From NCBI GenBank assembly GCA_010093995.1, contig ML992503.1, positions 1,045,234-1,109,233 of the forward strand: a stretch of 64,000 bases of DNA, in the 5' to 3' direction. The translations under genes were made by a program, and so were the position numbers. Source of the DNA: Elsinoe ampelina (taxonomy: Eukaryota). Shown here piece after piece: positions 13,314 through 24,695 of this stretch (position 1 is its first letter; every line of letters begins with the position of its first letter). The notes under the pieces were generated by a model that did not search any database, was not told where the DNA came from, and saw nothing but the letters and a program-made list of their open reading frames with translations.

Positions 13314-14263
13314 ATGACAGTGCTGGTAGTACTTTCTGCAACGTACTACCAGATTCAGCATCTACTGGATCTCCCCAACTCTGAAGAGACCCTGACAGCT
13401 TCCGACATTGTCAAGAACGACGTCTGGCTAGCCGAGAAGTCACGAGTCGAGAAGAAGAACGGACGATGGTCGACCGGACTTCTCGCGAGCTACCCCATCG
13501 ATACTGCTCAGCGCTGCTCGAAGGATCCTCCGACGGCGTACGTCTTCAGCTGCCGACGCACCGCCGACTGTGCCTACTCCACAGAATCAGCATGGCTCAT
13601 CGCGCAACACCAGCGCAAGTGCGATGTAGCGCTGGTGGCGATTCAAGCGCAGCCCGAGGAGCGTATTGCGTCGGGCGGTGGCTTCCCTTGCACAGAAGTC
13701 GGCATCAACAGCATCATCGGCAGCAAGGGAGCCCTCAGGGGCCACATGACGAAGCAGCACGCTTCCACCGAGTTCACGCCGCGCCCATGCGAACACGGCT
13801 GCAACCCCAACAAGGTATACGACAAGGAGTTTAACTACAAACGCCATCTCAAGGAAAAGCACGGCGCGCACCTCCAAGGCGCACACAAGATCTTCGATGA
13901 GGGAACATTGCAGAAGTACCTCCCTGTCGCTTCCACCACCCAACGTTGGCTCAAAGTGCAAGCATGCCCTTACAAGTCATCGTGCACCGCCAAATCATTC
14001 GGCACGCCCTAGCGATGAAGAAACACCTGACAACAACCCACAAGCTCGCGGAAGACGTGGCGCAAGAGCTTGTAGACGACCACGGTCAATACGAGACCGT
14101 CACGCGCGCGGCCAAGGTGGTCTCCAAGGAGTGCGTTATGGAGGAGAGGATCGAGCTCTCCACGTCCCCACAGGTAAACCCACACCGAAACCCCTTGATG
14201 TTAGTCAGTAAGTGGTTGACAGAGCAGCGATCAGATTGCCCTTACTATGACTCCAGACCGTAA
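13314..14263 (+). pseudogene. Frameshifted multi-zinc-finger-like ORF, probable pseudogene or gene fragment
   Basis: Several Cys/His finger-like motifs (CRRTADC..AQHQRKC; CEHGC..YKRHLKEKH; CPYKSSC). The last finger is split: ..KSFGTP* (TAG 14010-14012) continues as LAMKKHLTTTH in another frame, consistent with a 1-nt deletion in the CCC run. No convincing native start. Confidence 0.5.
13323..13352. repeat. CTGGTAG/CTACCAG inverted repeat, copy 1
   Basis: CTGGTAGTAC (13323-13332), 10-nt spacer, GTACTACCAG (13343-13352); perfect 10-bp arms; an extra ACTACCAGAC at 13271-13280. Confidence 0.8.
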
Positions 14264-15150
14264 GTCAGACAAGCATCCAAGGTAGGCCCTTAAAAGTAGC
14301 CCCCATTTGACCCAAGCGAGTCTGCCGTGCTGGAAACAGCCATACCAGGCCTGGAGAAGCTCCGGAAGCCTATGATTTGAATCGTCGGTTGAGCAACATT
14401 ACAGATGCTCCGCGGCCCACGACGCATCTAAAGGGCCCCGCTCGCGGCTCGCGCTCACCACGATGCTCCGTCCAGGTGGCGCGCAGTCATGTACGGGGCT
14501 GACTACATCGACTTCGATCACATCGGCAGTGCCCGCTGCGTACTCATGACAGAACGCAACAAAGGCAACCTAGCGGCCCACGCATGACATGCACGGTCGA
14601 TTCACGCCACCGGTCGCGCAGATCCAATCAAACGCCACGTCCTACACTTGTCGTCTTGCGCGACGCCGTCAGGGTACGCCTGTACTCCGATGTTCTATTC
14701 AGCCGGCCAGTACCGAGGTAGCCGTCACTCCGACGATATGAATGAATCATGAACACGCGAATAGCGGAGCACGATGTGGGGAATTCAAGGTAGAACAGCC
14801 GTTCATTCATATCAGACCAGCTACAAGAACAAATACAGAGCGCGGCCCGCGAAGTGGAGTACCGTTCAGCAAGCAATGAGATAGCACACCCAAGCAGAGT
14901 ATAGTTCCAGACAGCCAAGCCAAAACAGAATCACGTCCAAGTCGTACAGCGGTACAGGCCTGCCCTCCTCTCGCCGTCGTCCCTCACCTCGCGGCTCATA
15001 CACCTCCTCCCCTCTACATCCCTATCTAGCCCACGTGCTCTCTGCCACTGCACCTCTCACGACGCCTCTCCATATACACCACCTCTAGCCCACCCACCAA
15101 CGATACCCCGCCCCACCCCCTGGTTAAACCCCCCCCGAGACACCCCACCA

Positions 15151-16863
15151 CTACCTCCCCCTCTCCGAAGTCTTCCTGCCCGCCAAGTACCCCTCCTTAA
15201 AACTCTCAAACCTCCTCTGCTCATCCTCCTGCTCCTGCTCCTTCTTGATCAGCGACCTCACGTCGTCCCCCCACCGTTCATACTGGCGCTGCTCGGCGTC
15301 GCTCTTCCTGCTCCTAACCCCGTCGCTGGAGCGGGAGTCGTGGGCGGAGGAGGGCCCGCTGCGGTGGCCGCCCGGGGGATCGTAGCGTGGCTGGGAGTAG
15401 GAATCCGAGTGACGAGATGGGTTGCGGGGGCGGTAGTCCCGGTGTCCGTCGCGGCGGTCGTCACGGCGGTCGTTACGGGTGGGTTCGGGGCTGTGGCGAC
15501 GACTGGTGTAGCGGTCGCGGGGTGGGGTCGGGGAGCGGCGGCGAGGACTGGGAGAACGATGGCGGCTTGAGGGGCGGCGGTAGTCGTCCCTGCGGCGGCT
15601 GGGCGATCGACGCCTGGGTGAGCGTGGATGGTCGTTCACGCGGTCGTCGCTGCGTCGAGGTGGGTACCGGGTGTAGTCTTCTTCGCGAGGTCGACGGTCG
15701 GTAGTGTACCCTTTGCCCTTCGAGCTGCTACTCGGGATGGTGAAGTCGGACAGGCCTTCGGAGAAGGTGCTCTCGGTGCCGGAATCCTGGTAGTAAGGGA
15801 TGCTTCGACCGCTGTTGCGGGGCGAGAAGCTATTGCGAAAACTGTCCTTACGTGGAGGTGGCGGAGAGCGGTGGAGAGGCTCAGGGTATGGTACCAGGGG
15901 CGGAGAGTCGGCACGTACGGGATATGCTGGGCGGGTTTGAGGTAGCGTGTAAGTGTCGTATGTAGGGGTGGGTGGGAATGGTAAGGGTAAGTATTGCGGA
16001 ATAGCTGGTTGTGGGTACCCGGGATGGACTTCGGGAAGGCTGTAAATGTTTGGTGGTGGTGGCGGGCTCGCTAGGAATTGGGATGATGGGGTTTCGTTTT
16101 GAAAGACCGCGTCGAGGGGATCGTCGTCGGAATCAAGGCCATGGTCCTTGTTCTTGTTCTTCTTGTCCCCCTTGTCTTTCTTCTCCCTGCCAGTAGTGAA
16201 GGGTTTGTCAAGATCCACGATGTCACCACTTCTGCTGCTGGACGCTGCGGCTTTCTTATCTTTGCCACCTTTCCCGGCTTTGAGATCTCCCGTCTTGACC
16301 TTGTCACCCTTCCCATTCTTCTCTGTCGCATCCTTCTTCTCTTTGGCATGACGTTTGAGGATGACCAGCATGTATGTCGTTGGATCCCTTTTGTTGCTCT
16401 TGACTTTGTGCTTATCGACATGCATCAGGGTCCACTGAGCTTCCGGGTCTTTCTCATCATCGTGTACTCTATCGAGCAATCTTCGGACTTGTCCTCTCCT
16501 GTTGTCACTAAGATCGCGGTACTTCATCATTGCAGTAGAGGCCTTCCCATCTCCCTTTCGCGCATTTTCAAGCTCTTCATCAAGGTTGGCTTGAGAGAGG
16601 CTCTGCCTTTCTTGGTGACATCTTCGCCACGAATTTTCATCCATGTCCTTGTGTATCTCATAGCAGAATAATTCATCTTTGATGATTTTATCCTTGACCT
16701 TCTTGTCTTTCTTGTCTTTCTTGTCTTCAGGTGCATCTGCGTAGACATCATCGTGAACGAAATCGACCGGGCGGATTGCCGGGCGGAGCGGTACTTCGTA
16801 GGGTAGCGTTGTGGTCTGATATGCTGCAGGAGACGGTGCCCCGTATGGATAGTAAGTCGCCAT
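15151..16863 (-). CDS. Hypothetical protein with Lys/Asp-rich, Pro/Tyr-rich and Arg/Ser/Asp-rich low-complexity regions
   Basis: Uninterrupted ORF; likely start at the ATG of MATYYPYGAP (16861-16863); a globular-looking segment (WRRCHQE..WTLMHVD..MLVILKR) followed by disordered tracts. No family recognised. Confidence 0.7.
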   Translation of the reverse strand: MATYYPYGAPSPAAYQTTTLPYEVPLRPAIRPVDFVHDDVYADAPEDKKDKKDKKVKDKIIKDELFCYEIHKDMDENSWRRCHQERQSLSQANLDEELENARKGDGKASTAMMKYRDLSDNRRGQVRRLLDRVHDDEKDPEAQWTLMHVDKHKVKSNKRDPTTYMLVILKRHAKEKKDATEKNGKGDKVKTGDLKAGKGGKDKKAAASSSRSGDIVDLDKPFTTGREKKDKGDKKNKNKDHGLDSDDDPLDAVFQNETPSSQFLASPPPPPNIYSLPEVHPGYPQPAIPQYLPLPFPPTPTYDTYTLPQTRPAYPVRADSPPLVPYPEPLHRSPPPPRKDSFRNSFSPRNSGRSIPYYQDSGTESTFSEGLSDFTIPSSSSKGKGYTTDRRPREEDYTRYPPRRSDDRVNDHPRSPRRRSPSRRRDDYRRPSSRHRSPSPRRRSPTPPRDRYTSRRHSPEPTRNDRRDDRRDGHRDYRPRNPSRHSDSYSQPRYDPPGGHRSGPSSAHDSRSSDGVRSRKSDAEQRQYERWGDDVRSLIKKEQEQEDEQRRFESFKEGYLAGRKTSERGR

Positions 16864-18253
16864 ACTACGAAGCACTGTGCGAACGTTCGCAGCCTGAAGG
16901 TCTATGTGCAGGACAAGGTATGCGAAGAGGCGCAGGTAGGTCCAATGAATAAGGCAAAGAAGCATAACCATGTAGGCAAGGAACTCTGAGGGGAATCGAG
17001 ATACAGCAAATAGCGGCGGGATCGAGAGCGGGGGAGCGTACTTTGATATAGACAGACCAGCTTACCTTCCACAAACCGCACCACACCCTCCCATCTCGAC
17101 TCCAATTCTCGTTCCTTGTATTTTCACGTCAGGCGGAGCATCGTGATACCGTTGCACGGAAGCGATTGACTCATTCAGCAGGCTTGTTCAGTAGCAGCCG
17201 TTCCCAGCGGGTTGGTAAATCCAGCCGATTCGCACCGTGGCGTAGACCTTGGGTCCAGGTGTAGCCAATGCGGTTACTCCTTGGCGGGACGGCATATCGA
17301 GTCAGGCTCCCTATGCAGAGCATGCTGCGAACTTGCAGGCTCTAACAGCCTTGATTGTGGATTTTGACTGTATGTGTGGTGCTTGGAAGGGTCAGTGGCA
17401 AGCCGAACTGCTGCAAGCTGTAGCTAGGTCAAAGTCTGGAAGGCATAGCGACCTGCAAACACTTTTGGAAGCCAATGATTCTGCTTCACTTCCAAGGAGA
17501 AGCTACACCGATGTAGCTGTTCAGCGATGTGGACCTCAGGCAGGTATTGCTGCTAGCCTTTGCCTTCTTGACAGTACGACGTAGCACAGCCATGCGCTCC
17601 CATGACACCGATGGTACGACATGAAGTTGAGACATGTCAGACAAGACTAACAGAAGGATGGAGGTGGCATGGGTTTGCTGCCCAATCTTGATCCTCGACC
17701 CCGGAGGCTCTGCCATACCATGCAGCACGTCCAGCCTCGATTGGTATCGTGGAGTGAGATGAATTCACTGCCGACATGACTGCCCACCACGAACATCCTC
17801 ACAAGCCTCTGAGAGCTTTAGCGGCTGGCAGGAGGAGTTCGGTCCGTGATGTGATGATCATGTTTTCCTGCATTCATGCATGAAGAGGGGTCGCTTACGA
17901 TTGGACGTCATGCAGGTGAGCCCAATTACTGGAGCCAACGCATCAACGATAATTGCTGGTCAGAATCCTTCCGCGGTGCATGATGGATCGCCGACCGGTC
18001 AAGGATCCTAAGTGGGAGAATCTACGAGTCAACTGGAGGACGCGTGAAGAAGTTGCGTGTGATCGGTGGTATGTTGGGATTCAAGAATGGGAAAAAGATT
18101 GTACAACCCGCATTTGCTTGTGAAGCACGTGACCATTGTGCACGTGACCTTGGTGACGCACATATACGACCAGTAGTTTCTCACTGTCGTTTCGAAATTA
18201 CAAGATTTATTTTACATATATAAAAGAATGAAAAGAAAAATATGTACAAGCAC

Positions 18254-21200
18254 CTAAACCATACCCCCCCCCTCCGCCCCTCTCCCCTCTCTCCTCTCCG
18301 CCTCCTTCCCCCACTCCACCCCCCTATCAATCTCAAACCCCACCACCTCAACCCTATTCCGTCCCAACTTCACCTGCACATCCGCCAATTGATCCAACAA
18401 TCCATCCGGCACCTCATCCTCTCCCTTCCCCGCTCCACTGCCTCTCCTCCCCCTCCCGCTCGCCCTCCTCGCCATATCCAGCACCCATCTTGCGCTAGAC
18501 CTCCTTCTCGCATTCGTGGCTCTGGGGTCCACATCTTCCTCCTCGTCACCTACTTCTGCAACGGAGAAGAGTCGGCCCCTCACGCTGGGTGGGAGAGTAT
18601 TGCTGTCGCTTCTCGGGGTGTGGAACGCGGCAGACCCAGCGTCGTCGTCGTCGCTATCAGAAGCTGAGGCGGAGCCGCGACGCGTCATGCTCGCCATGCG
18701 TGGGCGGGTGAATCCAGGGCTGATGGGGCTCAACATGCTTGCGCTGAGTCTGCGGGGTCCGTCAGGGGTGGGTAAGTGGGGGATGCTGAACTTGCGGGTG
18801 CCGACAGTGAGGGTGGCGGGGGTGTCGACGGATGGGCGGCGTTGGCCGGTGATGGTGGTGTCCATTCTGGGCCCGAGAGTGGTGATGGTCATTCGTCGAC
18901 CGTCGGAGACGGGCAGGCCTTGACTGTCGAGAGTGGGGATTTGGGTTTGAGCGCCGACGGCGGTGACGGTCATTCTGCGTCCGGTTCTGGGTTGGGGAGG
19001 AAGTGGGGAGTCTTCGTCCTGGGTGAGGAGGCTTTCGTCATCTCTTGCTTCTTCGAGTTGGAGGACTACGCCGACGGCTTTTTCGTCTTCGATGACTTTC
19101 GGGTGTCGCCTTGCGAAATAGGTGGCGTATTTGAAGAGGGCGTAGTAGCAGCTGGCTACGTTGACAAAGGTCAGGACGAGCTTGTAGGGCATGTAGTAGA
19201 TGTAGACTGCCAGACTGCCCACCCTCTCGCCTTTTCTTCTCAAATGGATCTCGTTGAAGATCGCCACGTTGATGAAGTACAAGACGCATGTGAAGAGAAA
19301 CATGTAGAGCGCGAACAGAGGCCGGACGTAGAATGTGATTGGTACCACCAGCGGCATAGCCAGGTAGAGCAGCGTCTCGTAGATCTCTTGCAGGCAGAAG
19401 AGTTTGGTCCCCAGCTCCCACCAGCCGAGCTTCCAGCTGCACAAGATGTATCGTAAGTTGTAATACATTCCATTCACGAAGAAGAAATTCCATCTTGTGA
19501 AGCGCTGCTTGAAGACGGTCATTTCGCCAAAGCCGCCTCTGGCACCGCCCGACGAGAAGAAGACGTCTCTCGGTGTTTCGGTTTCGATGAAGACATTCGT
19601 GCACATCATGGTCCGGCAGCCCAGCTCTCGTGCAACATGACCAAAGAACCAGTCTTCGCTGACATTGAAGCCGGGATGTTGGTGAAATGTCTGGATCAGG
19701 AACTCTCTGTCCCAAAGACTGATTGCACCATGTGGGAAGAGGGCGGAACCGACCTTGGCAGCGAGTACGCGCTGCAGTCCTGAAAGCTTGTATTCCATGT
19801 CCTGTGCTTGCTGGGCCAGAGAACCACGTGAGCTGAGAGGTCCGACGGACTTGATGCTGTATCCCATACATTTGACATTGCCAACCAGACGATCCGACAC
19901 GATGGGGAAGTTCGGGGGTAACGCGCAGTCGTCGTCGATAAGGAGAACGTTACGGAAGCCTTTCGCAGCATAGCAGCCAACGAACTGAGCCACAATCTTT
20001 GAGCCGACTGGAGACCATACATGATTGACGCCAAATTTCTGACAGATGAGCTCGGTAGCGTCCAGTGGGGTCGGGGAGTTGCCGTTGGCAATGACAAAGA
20101 TGTTGGACGGTGGGAAGATGCGGGTCGCTGCTTGGAGGGTCGGCCCAATGATCGAGGCGGATTTGTAGCAGGGGATGAGGAGGCAAGTATCGGAAACACC
20201 AGGGTTCAAAGAAGGCTTAAGATGGTACTCAGGCGGAGGCATTGGAAGATCTGGCTCGAAGAGGACCAGTAACGGCGTATAGGCATAGAAGATTGCGATT
20301 CCAACAAAGATAGCCCAGGTGCCTGGCACGTTGAGTTTGAACTCAAGAGCGTACCAGATCCAGTATGCAGTGCCATTCCACAGTGGCATGCCAATCAGAA
20401 CAAAGTAGATGGTGGCCAGGATGAGCAAGTAGAAGGCGTATTCGAAGGTGATCATGAAGAGCCTGGATCGTTGCATTTCTTGGCCACGGATTTTGGCCTG
20501 GTCGTACACATCATGCATTGTGTTGCGACGCATCTTACTGGTGACTGTAGACACAGTATCGCCGACTGTGTTGACTGTATCTTGCCACACAGAAACAGCT
20601 CGTACCCAGACCGATTGTTTGCGTCCCTTTCCAGCATTGATGCTTGTGTTGCGTCTAGTTGCACTTCTCATACTTGTTGTGCCAGATATTGACTTTCGAG
20701 AATCTCCCCATCTCCAGCCAGTCTGCCGACCTGGAGTTTCCGGTCGCAGAGTACTGGGCGTGTCAAGAGGTCCATGGGCATGCGATCCGCTTCGAGTCGC
20801 TGTCTCGGCCATGCTGTAGTCTCCGAAATAGTCCTGGTCCAGGAAGCCTTTCATGTCGACATTGTTAACCGTTTTGTCATCATAAGTGACATCAATTTCT
20901 TGTGTGACGCTGATTGATTTCGTGCGAGCAGGCTCGGGTAGTTCAGACAGAGGCGTCTGTATCAATGGGGTATGAAAGGAAGGCGTATGCGGCGGCGAGA
21001 AAGTCACCACAGACTTCTTACGCAGCGATGTGGGCTTCTCAGAGGGTGTTGGAAGCTCGCCAAAGGTCACCGCTGACTTTTTCCGGACGGCGACAGCTCC
21101 AGGCACTGCCAGCGCGGCAGGCGGAATCGTGATTGATAAATTGGGATTCTGTCTTCCGACAAAGCTTGACTTTCTCAAAATGCTACCCACTGGAGCGAGA

Positions 21201-21745
21201 GATCCTGGCGTTCTAGGGGTACCTGGTGTACCTGGCATGGTACTTGTTCCCGGCACACCGAGCATGTCGTCTGGGGCAAATCCAGTCTGCGGCCTAGTTG
21301 ATCCTCGTCTGCTTGTCACAGCTCGCCGGTGAAGCGATATGCTCGATGCTCCACTTCTGTTCTTCGGTGTGTTTGGCTGCTTCCCAAGTGCTCGTAATAC
21401 TGCGGCAGATTGGTGATTGGCAAATGCTTCGGCATCAAATTGCTCTCGCGGGTCAATTCGTGCTCGTGACTCTCTGCGCTTACGCTCTTGCGTCACAGAG
21501 GTATATTGTGCAGAGGATGTGACCTGATTGAGTAGGTGTGTCGGAATGATGACATTGGTGATTACGCTCTGTTTCCTTGAAACTGTCCGACTGACTGCTG
21601 AACCTCTTCGGGGCGCTGTGAGTGGAGGGGTGGAGAGACTGCCCCTTCTCCCTTCCACCGTAGCTTTCTCAGAGAAGTAGTCCGCATTCTCCTCGACGAC
21701 TGTGATGATGGGAGCCAGTAGCTTTGGCGAGCCATACTTGTCCAT
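18254..21745 (-). CDS. Processive family-2 glycosyltransferase (integral membrane polysaccharide synthase-like)
   Basis: Long intronless ORF; LLIPCY, LLIDDD (DxD), SEDW (ED catalytic motif), QRFTRW (QxxRW-like), flanking transmembrane helices; long S/T/P-rich N-terminus. Start taken at MDKYGSPK because the ORF-track start is TTG. Confidence 0.85.
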   Translation of the reverse strand: MDKYGSPKLLAPIITVVEENADYFSEKATVEGRRGSLSTPPLTAPRRGSAVSRTVSRKQSVITNVIIPTHLLNQVTSSAQYTSVTQERKRRESRARIDPREQFDAEAFANHQSAAVLRALGKQPNTPKNRSGASSISLHRRAVTSRRGSTRPQTGFAPDDMLGVPGTSTMPGTPGTPRTPGSLAPVGSILRKSSFVGRQNPNLSITIPPAALAVPGAVAVRKKSAVTFGELPTPSEKPTSLRKKSVVTFSPPHTPSFHTPLIQTPLSELPEPARTKSISVTQEIDVTYDDKTVNNVDMKGFLDQDYFGDYSMAETATRSGSHAHGPLDTPSTLRPETPGRQTGWRWGDSRKSISGTTSMRSATRRNTSINAGKGRKQSVWVRAVSVWQDTVNTVGDTVSTVTSKMRRNTMHDVYDQAKIRGQEMQRSRLFMITFEYAFYLLILATIYFVLIGMPLWNGTAYWIWYALEFKLNVPGTWAIFVGIAIFYAYTPLLVLFEPDLPMPPPEYHLKPSLNPGVSDTCLLIPCYKSASIIGPTLQAATRIFPPSNIFVIANGNSPTPLDATELICQKFGVNHVWSPVGSKIVAQFVGCYAAKGFRNVLLIDDDCALPPNFPIVSDRLVGNVKCMGYSIKSVGPLSSRGSLAQQAQDMEYKLSGLQRVLAAKVGSALFPHGAISLWDREFLIQTFHQHPGFNVSEDWFFGHVARELGCRTMMCTNVFIETETPRDVFFSSGGARGGFGEMTVFKQRFTRWNFFFVNGMYYNLRYILCSWKLGWWELGTKLFCLQEIYETLLYLAMPLVVPITFYVRPLFALYMFLFTCVLYFINVAIFNEIHLRRKGERVGSLAVYIYYMPYKLVLTFVNVASCYYALFKYATYFARRHPKVIEDEKAVGVVLQLEEARDDESLLTQDEDSPLPPQPRTGRRMTVTAVGAQTQIPTLDSQGLPVSDGRRMTITTLGPRMDTTITGQRRPSVDTPATLTVGTRKFSIPHLPTPDGPRRLSASMLSPISPGFTRPRMASMTRRGSASASDSDDDDAGSAAFHTPRSDSNTLPPSVRGRLFSVAEVGDEEEDVDPRATNARRRSSARWVLDMARRASGRGRRGSGAGKGEDEVPDGLLDQLADVQVKLGRNRVEVVGFEIDRGVEWGKEAERREGRGAEGGGMV

Positions 21746-22574
21746 GGCACCAGCAATACGCCACGAATGACGCGACGTCTCCAACCGATATCTCCTGTCT
21801 GTTATACAGCAGACATGGTATCCTCGAGCGGTCTGACGGAGAAAAATGCGAACATACCTGAAGATTCCCAGTAGCCTTACCTTGACTGTTTATCGTCATG
21901 TTCAACGTTTTGCCTCCACGGCCCAGATCAGACCCGCGTGCACGGCGTCTGGTTGCAAGCAATAGTGGCTTGCTCGACAAATCTTGGCCGTTGGATACTT
22001 GCTAATGGCGGCTCTTCGTATGGTAAGGATGTGTCCGTGGCGGTAGAGAGGTCGCGATCAATTTGGATAAGCACAACGGCGGGCGGGTCAGACAGGGTTG
22101 ACCACACAACCGTCAACGGGCATGGAGAACACCATGAACCAGACTTGTTGCAAACAAGCATGCGTGAGTGCGGCACACGTACGATGGAGACGAGGTCGTG
22201 TCAAATGGAAAGGATGAAGAGTGTCAATCTTGCATAGTTTTGCGCTGAAGCTTTTTGTTCCAAGCTTGCCCCAGGTCACGTGCGCTTCAAGCACTAAAAG
22301 AGACATGGTCGTCTGAATATGAGCAGACCTTCTGTAGACTTACTTGTATCACTCAGGAATCGATGATATGTATTCAATGCTCACGCAGTCGTCTGTCAGG
22401 CGGATCCAGACTTGATCCGTGGACGGTTCCTAAGCCTGAAGCATACAACCAGAACCGTTTCATACACGGAGCACCGGCGCTACTGACGGTTATGCTCTGA
22501 TGCCAATAAGCTTGTTAGAAGATGGGATGAACCAAAGTCTAAGACTGTTCGTTACTGATAGACCGCGGACCTGC

Positions 22575-23775
22575 TCACAGCTCTTGCCTGATCCTGTTCT
22601 TGACCTTCTTGAAGATGCCACCAAGAGAGACCTGATTAAAGTCCATATTTTGCAGATTGCCAATCGTTGAGCCAAACCCGGCACTGCCTCCCACGAATTC
22701 GTCATAGTTCCTGGTCAAAGGTCCGACCTTTCCTCCCATGAATGGTTGGCCATCTCTGAAAATGACTCTTTGCATTCGTGCTTTCCGATTGTTCCAGCCG
22801 TCTGTTGGAGAATCGGTCGCGTGGAACACTCCGATGGTCTCGTTGCCGATGTGGATGAAGGAACCATGTCCGGGTCCCCATGGACCAGAGCCGCGGTTGT
22901 TATTGGTTATGAGAGGGTTCTTGCCTTTCCGCCAAGAGGCATGATTTAACGGATCGCCACCAAGATACTGAATGGTGTTCATCTTGTACTCATTCGTCCA
23001 ACTGCCTGCACAGCTGTAGACAATACCCACCCAAGGACCATCTTGTGATGCCAGAAACTGCGGACCCTCGTTGATACCGGCGTCACCGCTCCGTTCCCAT
23101 GGCTCATGGGGCTGACACAGACAAATGGCTGGCGAATCTGCGGTCAAGGGATCAGATAAGCGGATGATGAAAATCTCCTGCGTCTTTTCAGAATTGTCGT
23201 AGTTGTCGAAGGGCCAGCCAGAATAGACGAAATATAGTTGATGGTACAATTCAATGATGGTGCCGTCGATGGCCCACTGATTTGGGGGCATGCCTCGAAT
23301 ACCTCCTAAGAATTCCCATCGGCCAGTGGCTGGATCTTCGTGTGCGGGCGGTCCTCCCAAGACATACATGCGATGAGACTTGTTCCCATGATGAGGATTT
23401 GCCGCGGCGTAGTAGACGTACCATCTTCCACGAAGGGCGTGAAGCTCAGGAGCCCATAGATCAGCCGAGTGGTCAGTACCATGAGGGGGACGCCTGTCGC
23501 GAAGTATTAGCAACCAGCAGACGTGAGGCGTGGTCTTACTCACCAGATGACATGCTTGTCGGGTCTGTCAAAGAAGTCTGGTAGTGCCTTTGCTCGCCAT
23601 ATCTCAACGTGCCCACCCGATGTGAATGTCTACCGTTGTATTAGCCGAGTGTAAGAGATCGCGGTCAAGCGGGCAATGAAGATACCAAATAAAACTGTCC
23701 ATGAGCAAAAGTGACGTGCGGGTCTGGTGTCGACACCTTGGTCACGCTCATACACATATTATTATACGCCGTCAT
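22575..23775 (-). CDS. Glycoside hydrolase family 43 (arabinofuranosidase/xylosidase-like)
   Basis: Exons 23686-23775 (TPDPHV), 23544-23629, 22575-23493; GH43 motifs PDP, WAPE, AIDG, INEGP, GPGHGSF. No ATG-initiated signal peptide. Confidence 0.9.
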
Positions 23776-24695
23776 GTTGGTATGGCCGCGGAAGAATTGC
23801 AGAGAGATCAGACTGAGAAGCCCGATGAGGGCAGAGATGAATAGCAAGGCCACAGCTGTGAGATGCTGTGTCACTTATGTGTATATATACGAGCGTGAGG
23901 TACAGGGCGTGATGTTTTGCAAGCACTGATGTGGTCATGAGGCGGTGTTGATACTGGGCAGAGGACCAAGACCCATTGCGTAATGAGAGCTGGAGGAGAC
24001 GGGATGGAGCTGTGGATCGCTTTCCATCTCGAAACACTGGACCGATGTATCATCGTTTACTACGGACATGGGCATCACCCACAGTGAAGAGAGCAGTCAG
24101 ATGCAGCCTATAATATCCTGCAATGAGGCTCGATGCTCGGCAATTTTTCAACCCGGCGGTATGCGTGTTCAAAAGATCAAATGCCGTGAGATGATCCATG
24201 TTGAAGACGGAGAATTGGCTGGTCTCGAAATCTTCCGTTTCGTCCGAATCTTTCCGATACAGGAACAAGTCTGGTCTGTGGGGGAGAGCTCTCCGCATAG
24301 CAACCGCTCAAGCTGGATGAGAAAACATCAAAAGGGGAGACAGGCCACTCGAGGGATTGGAGACGCTTACCGGTGGAGGATCCTGCGTGTATACCAGGCC
24401 AGGCTTGATATCGCTGCATGTTCTGAGCACAAGGCTATCTCATTGAGCAAGAAGGCCAGGGCCTTGAGCAATTCTGGCCAGTCGGTGTGCCGTGGGCGGC
24501 GGAGTGAGGTGCTGTCTTGCCCCGCGCAACGTCAAAAATGCCCCTCATCATTATCGTGGATACATAAAGCCTTTCCGATCCCACCGATTCAACCATTTGA
24601 CTTGTTTGCACTACACAACCCTTGCCCACACTTCTACACCTCTTCATTCTTACACTCAGATTCACCAATTCCATTTCGCAATCAATTGATTCAAC

